A DNA stretch of 64,000 nt. It comes from Lama glama (taxonomy: Eukaryota). Shown here piece by piece: positions 13,330 through 25,450 of this stretch. Where the stretch lies: contig CM052817.1 in the NCBI GenBank assembly GCA_028534125.1, positions 622,001 to 686,000 on the forward strand. The letters run 5' to 3'. The notes under the pieces are model-generated. The model saw only the letters and a list, made by a program, of their open reading frames with translations. It did not search any database and was not told the origin of the DNA. Both the position numbers and the translations under genes were made by a program. Each line of letters starts with the position of its first letter. Within the stretch, counting starts at the first letter, position 1.

Positions 13330-13525
13330 CAGCTATTGGTAATTAAGACTGTCTCCATTGTGGGCTAATTAGCAATTAGCATAAACATAATTAGCCGGTG
13401 CCGACATTTAACTCATTACATTGTTTAAATAATTTTCGGAAATTGCCCCGAGCAGCGTTCTGTCAGCTTGCAATAATGGTGCCACTTTGTCATGTAAATT
13501 AAATGACATTTGTGTTGTTGTCTCC
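13330..13525. promoter_or_regulatory. Candidate conserved enhancer, homeodomain-site cluster
   Basis: Sharp AT-rich island with TAATTA at 13340-13345, GCTAATTAGC at 13364-13373, TAATTA at 13388-13393, plus CATTGT and TGTCA/TGACA motifs. Confidence 0.65.
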
Positions 13526-15089
13526 CTGGTGGGTGGGAGACAGTTGGCCCATGGGTGTCCTGTCCTGCTGTCCCCGGCCTGGCAGTGAGCCGGCCCAGCT
13601 TGGGCCCCTGTCCCCACCGTCCCTCTGGCCTGGCCAGTGCTGTGGGAGGATGGGGAGGAGCCCAGGCAGAGCCATCTCCTGCCGCCTGGAGCAGGAAGTG
13701 GGGGCCCGATTTCCCACCACCCTAGTGGTGCCCAGGGCAGAGGGAGACCCCTCCAGCATCCTGGGGACTGAGGGTTCTGGGGTGCAAACCTTGGCACCCC
13801 AAATTGAAGCCCGTCCTGTCTGGTTGCAGCCGCCTCTGAGGCCCCTCCCCGCAGGGACAGTCCTGTGCCTCCCTGGGGGAACTCTGTCCAGAGGTTCCTG
13901 TTGGAACCAGCCAAAGCTGTCCTCATGGCCAGACCCCAGGACGCCCTCCAGGCTGGGACCCCCACAGCCCCGGCCTGGGGCCCCTGCTCACTGTATCCTC
14001 TCTGATCATCCTCGCAGCCAGCAGGTTGGCAGGCTTGACGGGTCGTCTGGCCCAGAGCTGGGGACCCCCTGCCACCAAGGGCCCAGGGAGTCCTGGCTGG
14101 ACAAGACTAGGCCTCTGCCTCAACCCCTAGCCTGGACACCAACTCAGAGTCCTGCTCGTGGATGGGGTCTGGGAGGAAGTGACCCCATGTGACTTTAGCA
14201 GCGTAATCCCTGCTGAGCACGTCCTTGCATCCTTCTGGGAGCCCCTGAGCACAGCCCTGCGTCCAGCAGCCCCTCCCCTCCCAGCCAGGCCGTCCCCTCC
14301 CCCATGCACTCCCACCGCCTCCCCCTGCCCTGGCTTCTCACACCCTGTGCCCAGGGCGGAGAGTGACTGGCCCCAGGTCCCCCTGGGGGAGAACAGGGTG
14401 CCCTCCAAGGGCTCACCTCAGCCCAGACTGACTGTCCTCCTCCCAGCCTCCCTCAGCTCCCCTCCTGGCTAGGTGGGCTGGCGGGTCCCACCCTCCTCTG
14501 CACAGTGGGGCCTGTGTTCACTCCACCCCTCATTCATTTATCTGCTCATTCATTTGTCTCTCTTTAGTCCTGCCAATGGGGCAAAGCTGCAGGCAGGGCT
14601 TAAGGCATCGCCTGGACCCCTGGACGCTGCCTGCCATGGGGCAGGCCTGACCTCCGGGAAAACTGGTTCCACCTGCCCCCCTCCACGGGTTAACACCGCT
14701 GTCCTGAATTTTCCCCCAGTGAGGCCCCTGGTCCTCGCCTGTCGGTGGTGGGGACATAGGACGCTCCTGTCGGCCCGGCTTCTGGCCGTTTGCTGTCTGT
14801 GTGGCCCCTCTGGGTTGGGCCAGTTGGCCCCTGAGGCCCCTCCCTCCCTCTGGAGAGTGTGCGGCCACTCGGCGAGCACCGGCTGGTCTGTCCCCCAGCC
14901 CGCTGGGGCCCCGGGCCCCTGATGACCGCACCGACGGGCAGGCTGCTCTGCTGTTCCTGGCGGGGCGGCAGATGTGTGTCCCCAGCCCCGAGAATGACAA
15001 GAAGACTAGACAAATGAAGTCTGTGACTCCAGAAGTGACCGCCCCTCACCTCCCGCCCCCCAGGCAGAGCGGAGGGGCCTGTGGTGCTG

Positions 15090-15380
15090 TGGTGGCTAAA
15101 TCAAATGGCCCGAGGGTTGTTGGGGACTGGCTCTGGCTGTTAAGTGCTTGTCAGCGTCCACGGGTCTCTCCTGACTCTATAAAATTCCCAAGAATTATAG
15201 GAGCGCCGGGGTCACATAACTCATCGCACAGTAGATTTAACCTGGCGGCCAGTAATTCATGTTTGTGGCGATAATATTGTTTTCCACTTTCCGAGAGTTA
15301 TCGCCGTGTCTCCCTTCCAGGTCGCTATGGATATCAAAAATCAATTTGGAAAGATGGATACTGTCAGGGAATAAAGCATG
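15090..15380. promoter_or_regulatory. Candidate conserved non-coding element
   Basis: AT-rich, CpG-retaining island with TAAGTG, TGTCAG, TAATT, inverted GATAA sites and AATCAAT. Confidence 0.55.
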
Positions 15381-16651
15381 AAGGCGGCGGCCTCCCCCTC
15401 TTGCTGCCGTGCCGAGCAGGAGGGCGCCGCGTCCGCGCTCCTGAACCTTGGCGGGGGCTCTGATTGCTCGTCAGTGGGACCTGACTCGGAAAATCACGGG
15501 TTGTTCATGGCACGGGTCAGCTTCTCCCCAGGCGCCCCCCCCACCCCCTCCAGACTCTGCCTGGCTGCAGCTCTCAGCTCCGAAGAGGCCCGCGTCCTCA
15601 GCCCTCATCCGCGTCTCTGGGTCCTGTTCCTGCCTGAGCACGTGCAGGGCGATTGGCTTCGGTTCCGTGTCCCCCTCACCCTACCCCAGGCTGGGGGACA
15701 ACTGGCTGCCGGACTGGACCTGCTGCACCCCACCCCTGCTGCGACCACCTGGGGGTTCCTGATGCTGGACGTGGGTTAAGGAACTTGAGATTTGCTCTCC
15801 AGGGAGACCATACCCAGCCTGCCTCCTCAAGCCCCAGTGCCCACCAACCCCAGCAGCACACATACAGAGGACAGAGCTGGGCCCAGCTGGCTCTGTGGCC
15901 ACGCACAAGACCCCTCCTGCCCTGAAACGGCATCAGGAGGCCAGTGCCACTCGGGGAAGAAGTGGGTCCGTGGTCTCAGCCCTGGGTTGGGGCTCAGGGA
16001 AGGGTCCTGAGGAGGAGCCTAACCAGCGAGTGGAAGGGTGGCTGGGAGCTGACGGGCCTGAGGAGGCGGGGGAGGGGGTCCTCACCGGGGGGCCCAGGAT
16101 GGCACGGGGACAGGCTGGAAAAGGGCAGAACTGCAGGATACCCCCCAGGACAGGGGCTCTGCCTGCCTCCTCTCCTTGTGCTGGGGAGTTTAGGGCACAG
16201 CCCTGGTCCCAGGTGGCCCTGGGGCTGCTCTGCGTGCCCGGAGTGGTCCAGGCAGGTGGAAGCAGCCGGGCCTAGACCTCTCCACCAGGCGCTCCCCTCT
16301 GGCCAAGGGCCAGTGGTGGCATTTGCTGGAATGTGTTTCTCCAAGATGAGGCCGACAAATGTGAGGTGTATTCAGTGTGGAAGACGGCTTCCGCAGGGCG
16401 GTCAGTGCGGAGAAGGACCTCAGCACCCACGGGCACACCCGTCGTCCTCCCCAGCACTGTCCTCAGCACTCAGAGCCTCCCTGCCATTCCTGCACGGCGA
16501 GCCTGGGGCTCCTGCTGTCACGTGAAGGGCCTGGCATGTGGGTCAACAAGGGGGCGCGTGTCTGCAGCGTATCCAGGTGGTGTGAGCGAGGCCCCCGTGC
16601 ACCACGTGGTGGTGGCGTGCTGAGCGCGAACTGGCGGCAGCTGCTTTGAGC

Positions 16652-16763
16652 TGTGCGCATGTGTGTGTGCACGTGTGTATGTATGAGTGTGCATGTGTGG
16701 GCATGTGAGCATGTGTCCGTGTGTGAGTGTGCCATGTGCTCACACGTGTGCGTGTGTGTGTGC
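16652..16763. repeat. Degenerate (TG)n/(TGCA)-type simple repeat
   Basis: Visible alternating purine-pyrimidine tract. Confidence 0.85.
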
Positions 16764-17344
16764 AGGGGACGGCCCCCACCCCACCCGTAGCCGCAGCCCC
16801 TTCCGCCGTTCCTCCCCGCGCCCTGTCGGATGCTGCCTGTGCTCCAACCATGTGGACCTCCGGCCACCCTCCGGCCTTAGGACTCTGGCCTTAGCTCCAC
16901 GTCGCCTCTTCCAGGAGGCCCCCCCAGTCTGCCCAGGCTGAAAGGGCACTGCTCTCATCTCCTCCCCCAGGGCCCCCAGGCGGGAAGCCCCCTTGCTGGC
17001 CACGTACCTGGAAGCAGGTAATACTGTGGGCAGTCGGGCCGAGGTCAGCAGCCCCCAGCTCACAGTCTGGCTTCCCTCCGCCCTGAACCTCCTGCAGCCT
17101 CGCCCTCAGCTTTCCACCTCGGAGCCGCCTTTCTGCTGCCACAGCCTCACAGACATGGACTTGGGTGACCAGCAGGCCCTGTGAGATCCGGAAGAACTGC
17201 GGTGAGTGGCGGGATTCCCAGCACCAGCACCAGCGCCAGCGCCGTGGGCTGGAGGAGCTGCAGGACTGGGGTGGGACGGGGCCCTGCAGTCAATCTGGCT
17301 GGGCTTCGGGGGGAGGACACCCCTCCCTCTTCTGGGGGTGGGAC

Positions 17345-17595
17345 AGCAAACAGTTAATTAAAAAGCAGTAATGACTGTTCTGAGACAGCTGCCACCCGGG
17401 GCAGGGACTCGAGGATATTGGCCCATGGATCACTGTCCTGTGAGGGCCGCTGGCTGGCTCTGCGGGAAGAGGTGGCCCTCTGGCTGGTCAGCACTGCCCT
17501 CCACCCCGAAAGCAATTTAATTCGGGTTCCTTTAATTAAGAAAGACGGCTCAGAGAAGATCTTCCGTTGAAGAGCCTTTTTAGTACAGAATCGAA
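17345..17595. promoter_or_regulatory. Candidate conserved element (two TTAATTAA-containing sub-islands)
   Basis: gttaattaaa near 17353 and 'gcaatttaattcgggttcctttaattaag' near 17512-17540 in GC-rich surroundings. Confidence 0.4.
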
Positions 17596-19194
17596 CCCTC
17601 CCCTCGTCCCCAGCAAGCTGGTCAGCTGGTCAGCTGGTCCCCAAGGCAGTGTCTGTGGGCACTGTGAGCCTTTAGGCACGTGGGTGGACGAGTTGGTTGG
17701 GCAGTCAGGCTCCCAGACCGCGGGGATGGATCACTGTGGGGCAGAGCCCAGCGCTGGGTGCCCAGCCAGAGGCACGCTGTCCCCAGGCTCACCACTCGCC
17801 TTCGGTTGGGGGCTGGTCGGGTGGTTGGACCTGGGGCTCCTGGGTGGCTAGTACTGCTGCCCTCCCCCAGCACTGGGTCTGCAGACCGCCCGTTCTGCTC
17901 AGCTCATCCCAGCTCGCCCGTGGAATCCATACCTCCCCTTGGGAGCAGGCAGGATGGAGGGTGTGACTCACCAGACTCGCCTCCGGTGCCCCAGCTGGGT
18001 CAGGGCAGGAACAGTTCTGGCGTGCTAGCCCCGCCCCTGCTGAGGCCCCCGATGCTGGGTGCCAGGCAGGGGCAGGGCTGGCTCAGCCACTGTATTCTCA
18101 GGGTTGCTGTGGCCAAGGGCCCAAGGGCAGGCGGGGGCAGCCCGATTGCATCACTGGAGGGTTGAGGCTCTGCCATGAGCTCTTCTTCCCCATGATGTGG
18201 CCATCCAGTGTCTCAGCAGTGCTCGAGGGAGCCCAGGTCCCTGCTGCACCTGCCCCCACATGGGCCAGCCCCATGCCCTTGTCACCACCTCCACGACCTC
18301 TGAGAGGGCGCCCAGGGTCGGCCCTGGTGCCTCCTCTGCTTTGTCTGTATTCCTGGTGGCCTCATCCCACATTTGAGGACCCCGAATTCGCACCTCCAGA
18401 TGGCACACTCCTGATGGTCCCTGTGTTCCCAGCATCCTCTTTGGAATGTGCAGCAGGTCCGCGCCTGCCTCTGCCAGCAGCTCCCCTCGCCCCTTTGTCC
18501 ACATAGCCACACCCCACCTCTGTCTTTAGAGTGTTTCCTGGATGCCATGCCTCCACGGCCACGCAGCAGAGTGCAGTGGCCCTCTCCTACGGCCTGAGCT
18601 CTGTGTCAGCCCCTTCTCTGCACCAGGAACCACCTGTGGGCTCCATGCACAGCAGCCGGATTCGCCCTCTGTGTGAGCCCCCGAGGACAGGGCCTGTCCA
18701 CCTCGGGACACCCAGCACCCAGACCAGGGCCCAGTATGTGGAGGCCACCGGGTGTCCATTGGCTTAGCAGCTGTCAAGAGACTGCACACACAGCCTCCCA
18801 GCGCTGTCCCTGAGACGGATACACGGATGTGGGGTGACAGGCAGGCAGGGCTCTGGGAGGGGAGCTGGGTGCTCCAGGGAGTACAGGTCCATAAGCATTG
18901 TAGGTAGAGTTGGGGGGCCGTGGTCCCTAGGCTGCAGTGAGGAGGGCCAGTTCTGGTCATCCTCCTCACTGACCCACGCCCAGGGAAGCCCCCTGTTTGC
19001 AGGCCCCGCCAGTGATTGTCACTGGGGCCCCTCCTCATCGGTTTCACGGCTGCACCCTCAACATTGACTTCAGCACATGGGAGGGCTGGCCGCCAGTGGG
19101 CGGGGAGGGCGCTCTGCTGGGCGGTTGGTCTGCTCGTCCGACACCTGGCAGCCCCAAGCCCTGAGCTTGGAGGAGGCTAAGGAGGTCTGCGAGG

Positions 19195-19500
19195 AAGGGC
19201 CTATTGATTTTAATTACCCACAAACAGCCCACAGGGACAAAGGACTTTGGCTGTTTACGTAGGGGCTGTGTGCACTATTGTGGAAGGAGAGATCCAATCA
19301 GCTGCCCTCATTATTACGATAATAATAAGGCCAAAATGCTGCTCGGGGCGGAGGGCATTTTTTTAAAGCAATAACCTCGCCACCTCGTGCCCTCACTGCT
19401 CCTCCTAGGCAGGCTTGAGCAACAAGGAGCAATTACATGCTGTCGATATTAATTCAATTAAATCCAGGTTATTTATCGGTATTATGGAAGAGGATTCTCT
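19195..19500. promoter_or_regulatory. Candidate conserved enhancer
   Basis: AT-rich island with TAATTA, TGTTTAC, CCAATCA, ATTATTA-CGA-TAATAAT and ATTAATTCAATTAA. Confidence 0.6.
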
Positions 19501-19659
19501 AGTCTCACAGAGACGGGAATGACTGAGGGAGTGGGCAGGGTACAGGCCTCAAGCAAAGCTGATTGTGGCACAGGCCAGAAAATCAGCAGGCATCCAGGAG
19601 AGGGGAGGAAGGGGTGGGGCATCGGGGGCCGCTTAGGTGGGCTTTCTCCTGGATTAGAA

Positions 19660-19770
19660 GAGAAGTCAGGTTGGAAGGTGTTTGAGTCTTTGCTTTCCTA
19701 CAAACCAGCTGAGTGGCCTTGGGCTAGTCATCCAACATCTGCACCTATGACTTTGCAGCTGAAAATTGAT
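19660..19770 (+). mobile_element. MIR, 5' part (interrupted by microsatellite)
   Basis: 'accagctgagtggccttgggctagtcatccaac...gcagctgaaaattg' resembles MIR up to the core end. Confidence 0.6.
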
Positions 19771-19776
19771 TTTGGC

Positions 19777-20760
19777 TGATGATGGTGATGATTTGACAAT
19801 GGTGGTAAGGATAGTGGAGATGACAAATGACATAGTTAAGGAGATGATGGCAATGACAACAATGGTGGTGGTGGTGGTGGTGGTGGTGATGGTGGTGGTG
19901 GTGGTGGTGGTGGTGGTGGTGGTGGTGATGGTGATGGTGGTGGTGTGGTGGTGGTGATGGTGGTGGTGATGGTGGTGGTGGTGGTGTGGTGGTGGTGATG
20001 GTGATGGTGGTGGTGTGGTGGTGGTGGTGGTGATGGTGGTNNNNNNNNNNNNNNNNNNNNNNNNNNNNNNNNNNNNNNNNNNNNNNNNNNNNNNNNNNNN
20101 NNNNNNNNNNNNNNNNNNNNNNNNNNNNNNNNNNNNNNNNNNNNNNNNNNNNNNNNNNNNNNNNNNNNNNNNNNNNNNNNNNNNNNNNNNNNNNNNNNNN
20201 NNNNNNNNNNNNNNNNNNNNNNNNNNNNNNNNNNNNNNNNNNNNNNNNNNNNNNNNNNNNNNNNNNNNNNNNNNNNNNNNNNNNNNNNNNNNNNNNNNNN
20301 NNNNNNNNNNNNNNNNNNNNNNNNNNNNNNNNNNNNNNNNNNNNNNNNNNNNNNNNNNNNNNNNNNNNNNNNNNNNNNNNNNNNNNNNNNNNNNNNNNNN
20401 NNNNNNNNNNNNNNNNNNNNNNNNNNNNNNNNNNNNNNNNNNNNNNNNNNNNNNNNNNNNNNNNNNNNNNNNNNNNNNNNNNNNNNNNNNNNNNNNNNNN
20501 NNNNNNNNNNNNNNNNNNNNNNNNNNNNNNNNNNNNNNNNATGGTGGTGGTGTGGTGGTGGTGATGGTGGTGGTGATGGTGGTGTGGTGGTGATGATGGT
20601 GGTGATGGTGGTGATGGTGGTGGTGATGGTGGTGATGATGGTGGTGTGGTGGTGATGATGGTGATGGTGGTGGTGGTGATGGTGGTGGTGGTGGATGGTG
20701 GTGGTGGTGATGGTGGTGGTGGTGGTGGTGATGGCAAAGGTGGCGATAGTGAGCATGGTG
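19777..20760. repeat. Long (GGT/GAT)n microsatellite spanning an assembly gap
   Basis: Triplet array on both sides of the N run. Confidence 0.97.
20041..20540. other. Assembly gap (exactly 500 N)
   Basis: Direct count of N from 20041 to 20540. Confidence 1.
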
Positions 20761-20784
20761 GGGGGGGAACAAGTGATGGGGGAG

Positions 20785-20895
20785 TGATAACGGGGACAAT
20801 GCCTGCCTTGCTGACTGCACACTGTTCATTAGATTAAACAGGATACTAAGTTTTTAATAACTTGGCAGAATGCAAGAGGCTGTTACTCAAACGGG
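20785..20895 (+). mobile_element. MIR, 3' part
   Basis: 'aatgcctgccttgc...tgttcattagattaaacaggatac...aacttggcagaatgc...ttactcaaa' resembles the MIR 3' half. Confidence 0.5.
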
Positions 20896-21139
20896 AGCCA
20901 TGCCCTGCTTGGAATGCCTTGGATGAGCATCAGTGCCTGTTGCAGGATGGCCTCGCATTTGGGGCCTGGGTACAGGGGAGAGCAGGCCACATGTCCTGGT
21001 GACACCTCCCGCTCCTCCCAGCTGCAGTGTAAGGTCCTGGAGAAGGCTCTGGGCAGCTGCCAGCTGTCAGGGGCCGAGAACCGTGTCTGCTGAGTGCTGC
21101 CAGGGGGCGGAGGCTCTGCTACATGGACTTTAGAAGGCT

Positions 21140-21355
21140 TCTGGGCTGGGGCTGTTGGCAGGGCCAGGTTCCCCCCAGAGGTTCTCGGGGAGGATCCTTC
21201 CCACCCCTTCCAGTTCCTGCTAGTGCCCCACCATCCTTGGGGATCTTCTGGAAATCTTCTTGCCCACTCAGTATGTGTCTATTCTCTTCTTCTTGAAAGG
21301 ACATCTGCCATTGTATTAAGGGCCCCTTGACTCCACCATGACCTCATCTTAAGTG
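21140..21355 (-). mobile_element. MaLR LTR fragment (MLT1-like)
   Basis: 'tgttggcagggccaggttcc...ggggaggatccttcc...ttccagttcctg...aaggacatctgccattgtattaagggccc...atgacctcatcttaa' is typical antisense MLT1. Confidence 0.75.
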
Positions 21356-22849
21356 TCAGGAAGCCTAGGGTCAGTTGCTGGTGACCTCTCTAGAGAACCC
21401 TGCCCTCCTGTGCACGCCTGATCATGCCCTGACTGTCAGACCATGTCCTCTGACCCGGCCTTGAACCACAACCAGAGCCAACTCAACCCTGCTCCGTGTG
21501 GAGCTTGCAGCCACTGCGACCCCCGGGGCTGTGAACGCTGCCTCTGGCTCCCACGGTGGGCTGCCCGCGGCCTGGCGTCGGACACCGTGTCTAACCAGCT
21601 GAGATTGACCTGTTCGGGGCTTCTCACGGCAGCTGAGTGATTTGATCTGAGTCCAAGACAGCAGTAGGGGCAGTAATTGGATGTTATGAGATCGGAGGGC
21701 CACTCTCTGAGGAGGGGGCAGTTCAGCGGCTGCCGGGCCACTGGAGGAGAGGGCTTCGGTTGGCAGGTGGGGGTGGGGCAGCCACTGTCCTCCAGAGATA
21801 AGCCCCTCATCCTCTGCCCCCTAATCTCCTGGCTGGGGTCACGGACGGAGCCTGAGGCAAGATGGAATGAACGTGGTCGCTGTCCGGCCACTGCCTGGGC
21901 CGGCTGTCCCGAGGGCACTGTACAATTAGTTTTAAATATCAATTTCACGGCTGCTCAGGGGAGGAGAAAGCGGGCAGGCAATGCTGCGAACTACGTGTTT
22001 CTTGCTGGCCTGAACTTTGTAAGAAAAGGCAGAAGCTGTCAACGACGTGTCCGGTGGAGGGAGTGCCAGCACACCTCCTCTGGGGCCTTCCAAGACTTGC
22101 CCGAGTGCCCGTGGTCCCATCCTGGATCTGCTCCATCCTGACTGCAGGGCTTCCCCCTTCCAGCCCTACTCAGGACTTCTGTGCCTCTGTACCTTGACCA
22201 GGGTAGCCCCTTCCTGCTCTTTCCTCAGGGTTGGCTGAAAGAGCTCCCTCCTCCAGGAAGCCCTCAAGGAGAGCTCCTTCTCAGACTAGGGAGCCAGGCA
22301 GAGCTTTTTCCTTCTTTCAGAGACTGGGTATGCCTCTGGCCCACTCACCCCCCAACTCTGGACCCCATCCTGTACCTGAAGCAGCTCTAGCCAGCCAGGC
22401 TTCGATGCTGGGAAGCTGGAGGAAGTGAGGCTGTGCCTGGAAGGGTTTGTAGAATGGGGTGGGGAGCTGGCTGGGACCAATGCTGGGGACAGGTAGAGGA
22501 CAGAGGGGACACTGGGAGGGAGGCCAGGTCCTGCTCCAAAGACAGGTGCAGGAGGGTGAGGGGCAAGGATGGATCCCTCAGGAGGGGTCAGGCAGGGGAT
22601 GGCATGGCGGAGGGACATCTGAGGAAGGTTCCAGGGAAAAGGGAGGCCAGGGGCAAAGCCAGCTTGGAGGAGAGGGAGAAAGCCTCACTCTTGGGGAGAC
22701 AGGGCAAGCCTCGTGAAGTTTCTGCCGAGGCAGCCCACGGTGTTCCTCCCCCAGGCCTCTGACCCCACCTGACCAGGTACCAGGTACCAGTTACCCGGCC
22801 CACCTTCCCGCAGACGGGGAGGCTTCTGAGCCATCCTGGGCCTGACCCA

Positions 22850-23530
22850 GATGGCGAGGCGGGCCGGCACTTCCGGGGGTGGGGCATCCCCGCAGGTGCC
22901 GCTGAGCAGGTGCTCAAGGAGTGTTTGTTGAGCAGAGGAATCCGGCGCGGTGGCGGCGCCTGCATTCCTTCCCTCCGCCAGGTGGGTGTGAGCCGGCAGG
23001 GGAGGGCAGCGGCCGTGGCTAGGGCGGTGCCGCCCCCAGGGCGCCCCCAGCTGTGGCCTCGGCCCCCCGGAGGGCCCAACGGCGGAGCCCAGCGTCACCG
23101 GGCGGGCGGCGGGAAGCGCGGCTCTCACCCGCGGCGCCGCAGCGCAGGCAATTTATCTCCGTCTCCCCTCTCTTGGAGCACTTTTATCAAAATTGGCGGT
23201 CACACCGCGCTGAACCGTGGTGGCCTCAATCTTAAACGCCGCGCTGCAGATTTTAATTTGGGGAAGATTAATGCGCTCGAGGCCTCGGCGGCGCCGCGCC
23301 CGTTATCGGGCCTGACGGGTGTCAGCGGTCCCCGCGCGCGCGTCCCCGTGTCCCTATGTCCCGCCGGCCGCCGGCGCGTTACGGGTTGGGGGTGGGGCGC
23401 AGGATGAAGCCCCGGGGCTGGGGTGTGTGGCGGGATGGGGCGCCGGGTGGGAGCCCGAGGCCCCTGCGCCGCCCTCCCCTGTCCCGCAGGCACCCGTGCC
23501 GGGTCTTCCTCCACCGCAGAGTCCAAGGCA
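22850..23530. promoter_or_regulatory. CpG island with AT-rich core (23140-23310)
   Basis: Dense CG/CGCG. The core carries TTTATC x2, GATTTTAATT and GATTAATG. Confidence 0.7.
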
Positions 23531-24119
23531 GGCCCTCCAGATGTGACCCCCTGCGGGTCCACACCCCTCCTCTGGCCTCCGGACCTCACACCCCTTCCTG
23601 AGCCCTGGTTTTGGAATGCTGGTGTCCAGGCAGGGCCTCTCCTGAAGTCCAGACCCCTAGATCCAAAGCTGGGAGTTCCTCGCCCTCATCTGGCCTCACC
23701 CCCACCGAGTGCCCCCAGATGGGAACTCGGGCTCCCAGTCTGCCTCACGTCTTGCTCACAGCTGTCCCAGCAGCCTCTCCTGGCTCCACCTCCAGGATCT
23801 CTCCAGAGCTGTAGCTCTCCCCCAGCCAGGCAGGCCCCCTGCTCAGTGCGCTGTGGCCCTGGACCCCACACTCTGTTGGCTGCATAGAAGGGGGATGGTC
23901 AGCTCATGCCGCCTTCTGTTCAGTGCTCCCAAGGGCTCCTACCCCCCTGGAGTAGGGGCCATCCCTGGCCCCAGCCCAGCAGGGCCCCTTCTCACCCCTT
24001 CTCCTGACCCCAGGCCCCCTGTCCTGTCCTTGCCTGTCCGCCTGCCCAGACGTGCTCTGTCACCATGGCCTCTCCAGGCCTGGAACCTTCCTCTCCTTGT
24101 TCCTCCTCCTCCCTGCACC

Positions 24120-24260
24120 GTGACCCTCCCCACGGCCCTGTGACAGCTCGTGGTGTCTGTCTGTCATCACCATCTCCCCCGCTAGCCTGGAGGCCGTCTG
24201 CCCTGGTCCCCAGCTCCAGGGCAGTGTCAGCACACAGCAGGTGCTCAGGAAGTGCTGACT
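24120..24260 (+). mobile_element. L2 3' end fragment
   Basis: 'tccccagctccagggcagtgtcagcacacagcaggtgctcaggaagtgctgactg' resembles the L2 terminus. Confidence 0.5.
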
Positions 24261-24883
24261 GCTGGGTGTGTCACTCCCCACCCTGAGGCACACTGGCCCA
24301 GGAGAGGGGACCAGCCCAGAGGTCTTGGACCCAAGGTGGGCCAGGAAGAAGGCCAGGAGCCACCCAGGGGAAGGATGGCATGGGTGGGGAGAGGTGAAGG
24401 ACAGGGGTCAGGGAGGGCGCCCTCTCTCCCCAGCACTCACTAGAGGTTCTGGGCCCACCTTGAGGCAGGGGTGGGACGGGACACTGGCCTATACATGGGT
24501 GTTCCTGGGACCCTGCACTCTAGGCTCCCTGACCTGCCCCCCACCCCTACAGCCCACCTTGTGGCCGCCCTGGACCAACCCCGCGGTCCTGGGGAAAGCC
24601 TTCCATCCTCCTCCACCGGCTGGGAAGAGGGCAGGGCAGGGCAGGCTCCCCGACCCCTATGGCTCTGGCTCTGGCTCTCCCTCGCCGGCCTCACCGCCAC
24701 TCTGGGCACAAGTGAGCTGCAGGTGCCGACAGGGCTTGGGGGCAACACAGCGCACCCCTGACTGATGAGACCCCCCACCCCAGGCACTGCAGAGTCAGTC
24801 TCAGAATATGTGGGTGCTTTTTGTGTAAAGTTAGTGGACAAGAAAAGTAGGAAGCTGCTGGTTCCATTGATCAGCTGTGGGGC

Positions 24884-25450
24884 ATTCATTCATTCATTCA
24901 ACGATATTCACTGAATTCTGGCTGCTGGGGGCACTGGGGGGACACAACCCTTCCTGCCTATGAGCCACGTGTGCCTCTCACGGTGACCAGAGCTGAGAGA
25001 GCACCGAGGGGAGAAGGCTAGAAAGGCTAGTTCACGGAAAGCCGAGGGCGCTGGGTGTGTGACGCCGGTGGTGGAGGGGCTCCCAGAGGCTGCTGTGCAG
25101 AGCAGGCAGGTGGGGGCGGGCAGAGTCTGGACAACAGATGTGTGGAGTGGGGAGCCGGGCCAACACACCAGGCTGGCTTTGCCGAGATCCCTCTGGCTCG
25201 GTCTCCCACAGACAGACAGACAGGGATAATGGGGAGGGGGCAGTGGGGACACGGTGCTAAGATGGCTCAGCTGTTCAGGCAAGAGCTGGGGGCCAGGCAG
25301 GGTGGGAGGGCATGGAGGGACAGGGCCAAGGATGAGGGAGGGGTCCAGGAGGACCCCTTGCTTGTGGCCCACTTGTTGGGAAGGTGTTTAGCTGAGACAG
25401 AAGGGCTCGTGTCCAGGTCTGGGTCCAGGGGGGGCAGGCAGCAGGGTCAT
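24884..25450 (-). mobile_element. L2 3' end with (ATTC)n tail, decayed
   Basis: 'cattcattcattcattcaacgatattcactgaa' is the typical antisense L2 tail; its extent is uncertain. Confidence 0.5.

Noticed and set aside
19666..20829. Long 328-387 aa ORFs (poly-H/T/P)
   Set aside because: They are translations of the triplet microsatellite and the N gap.
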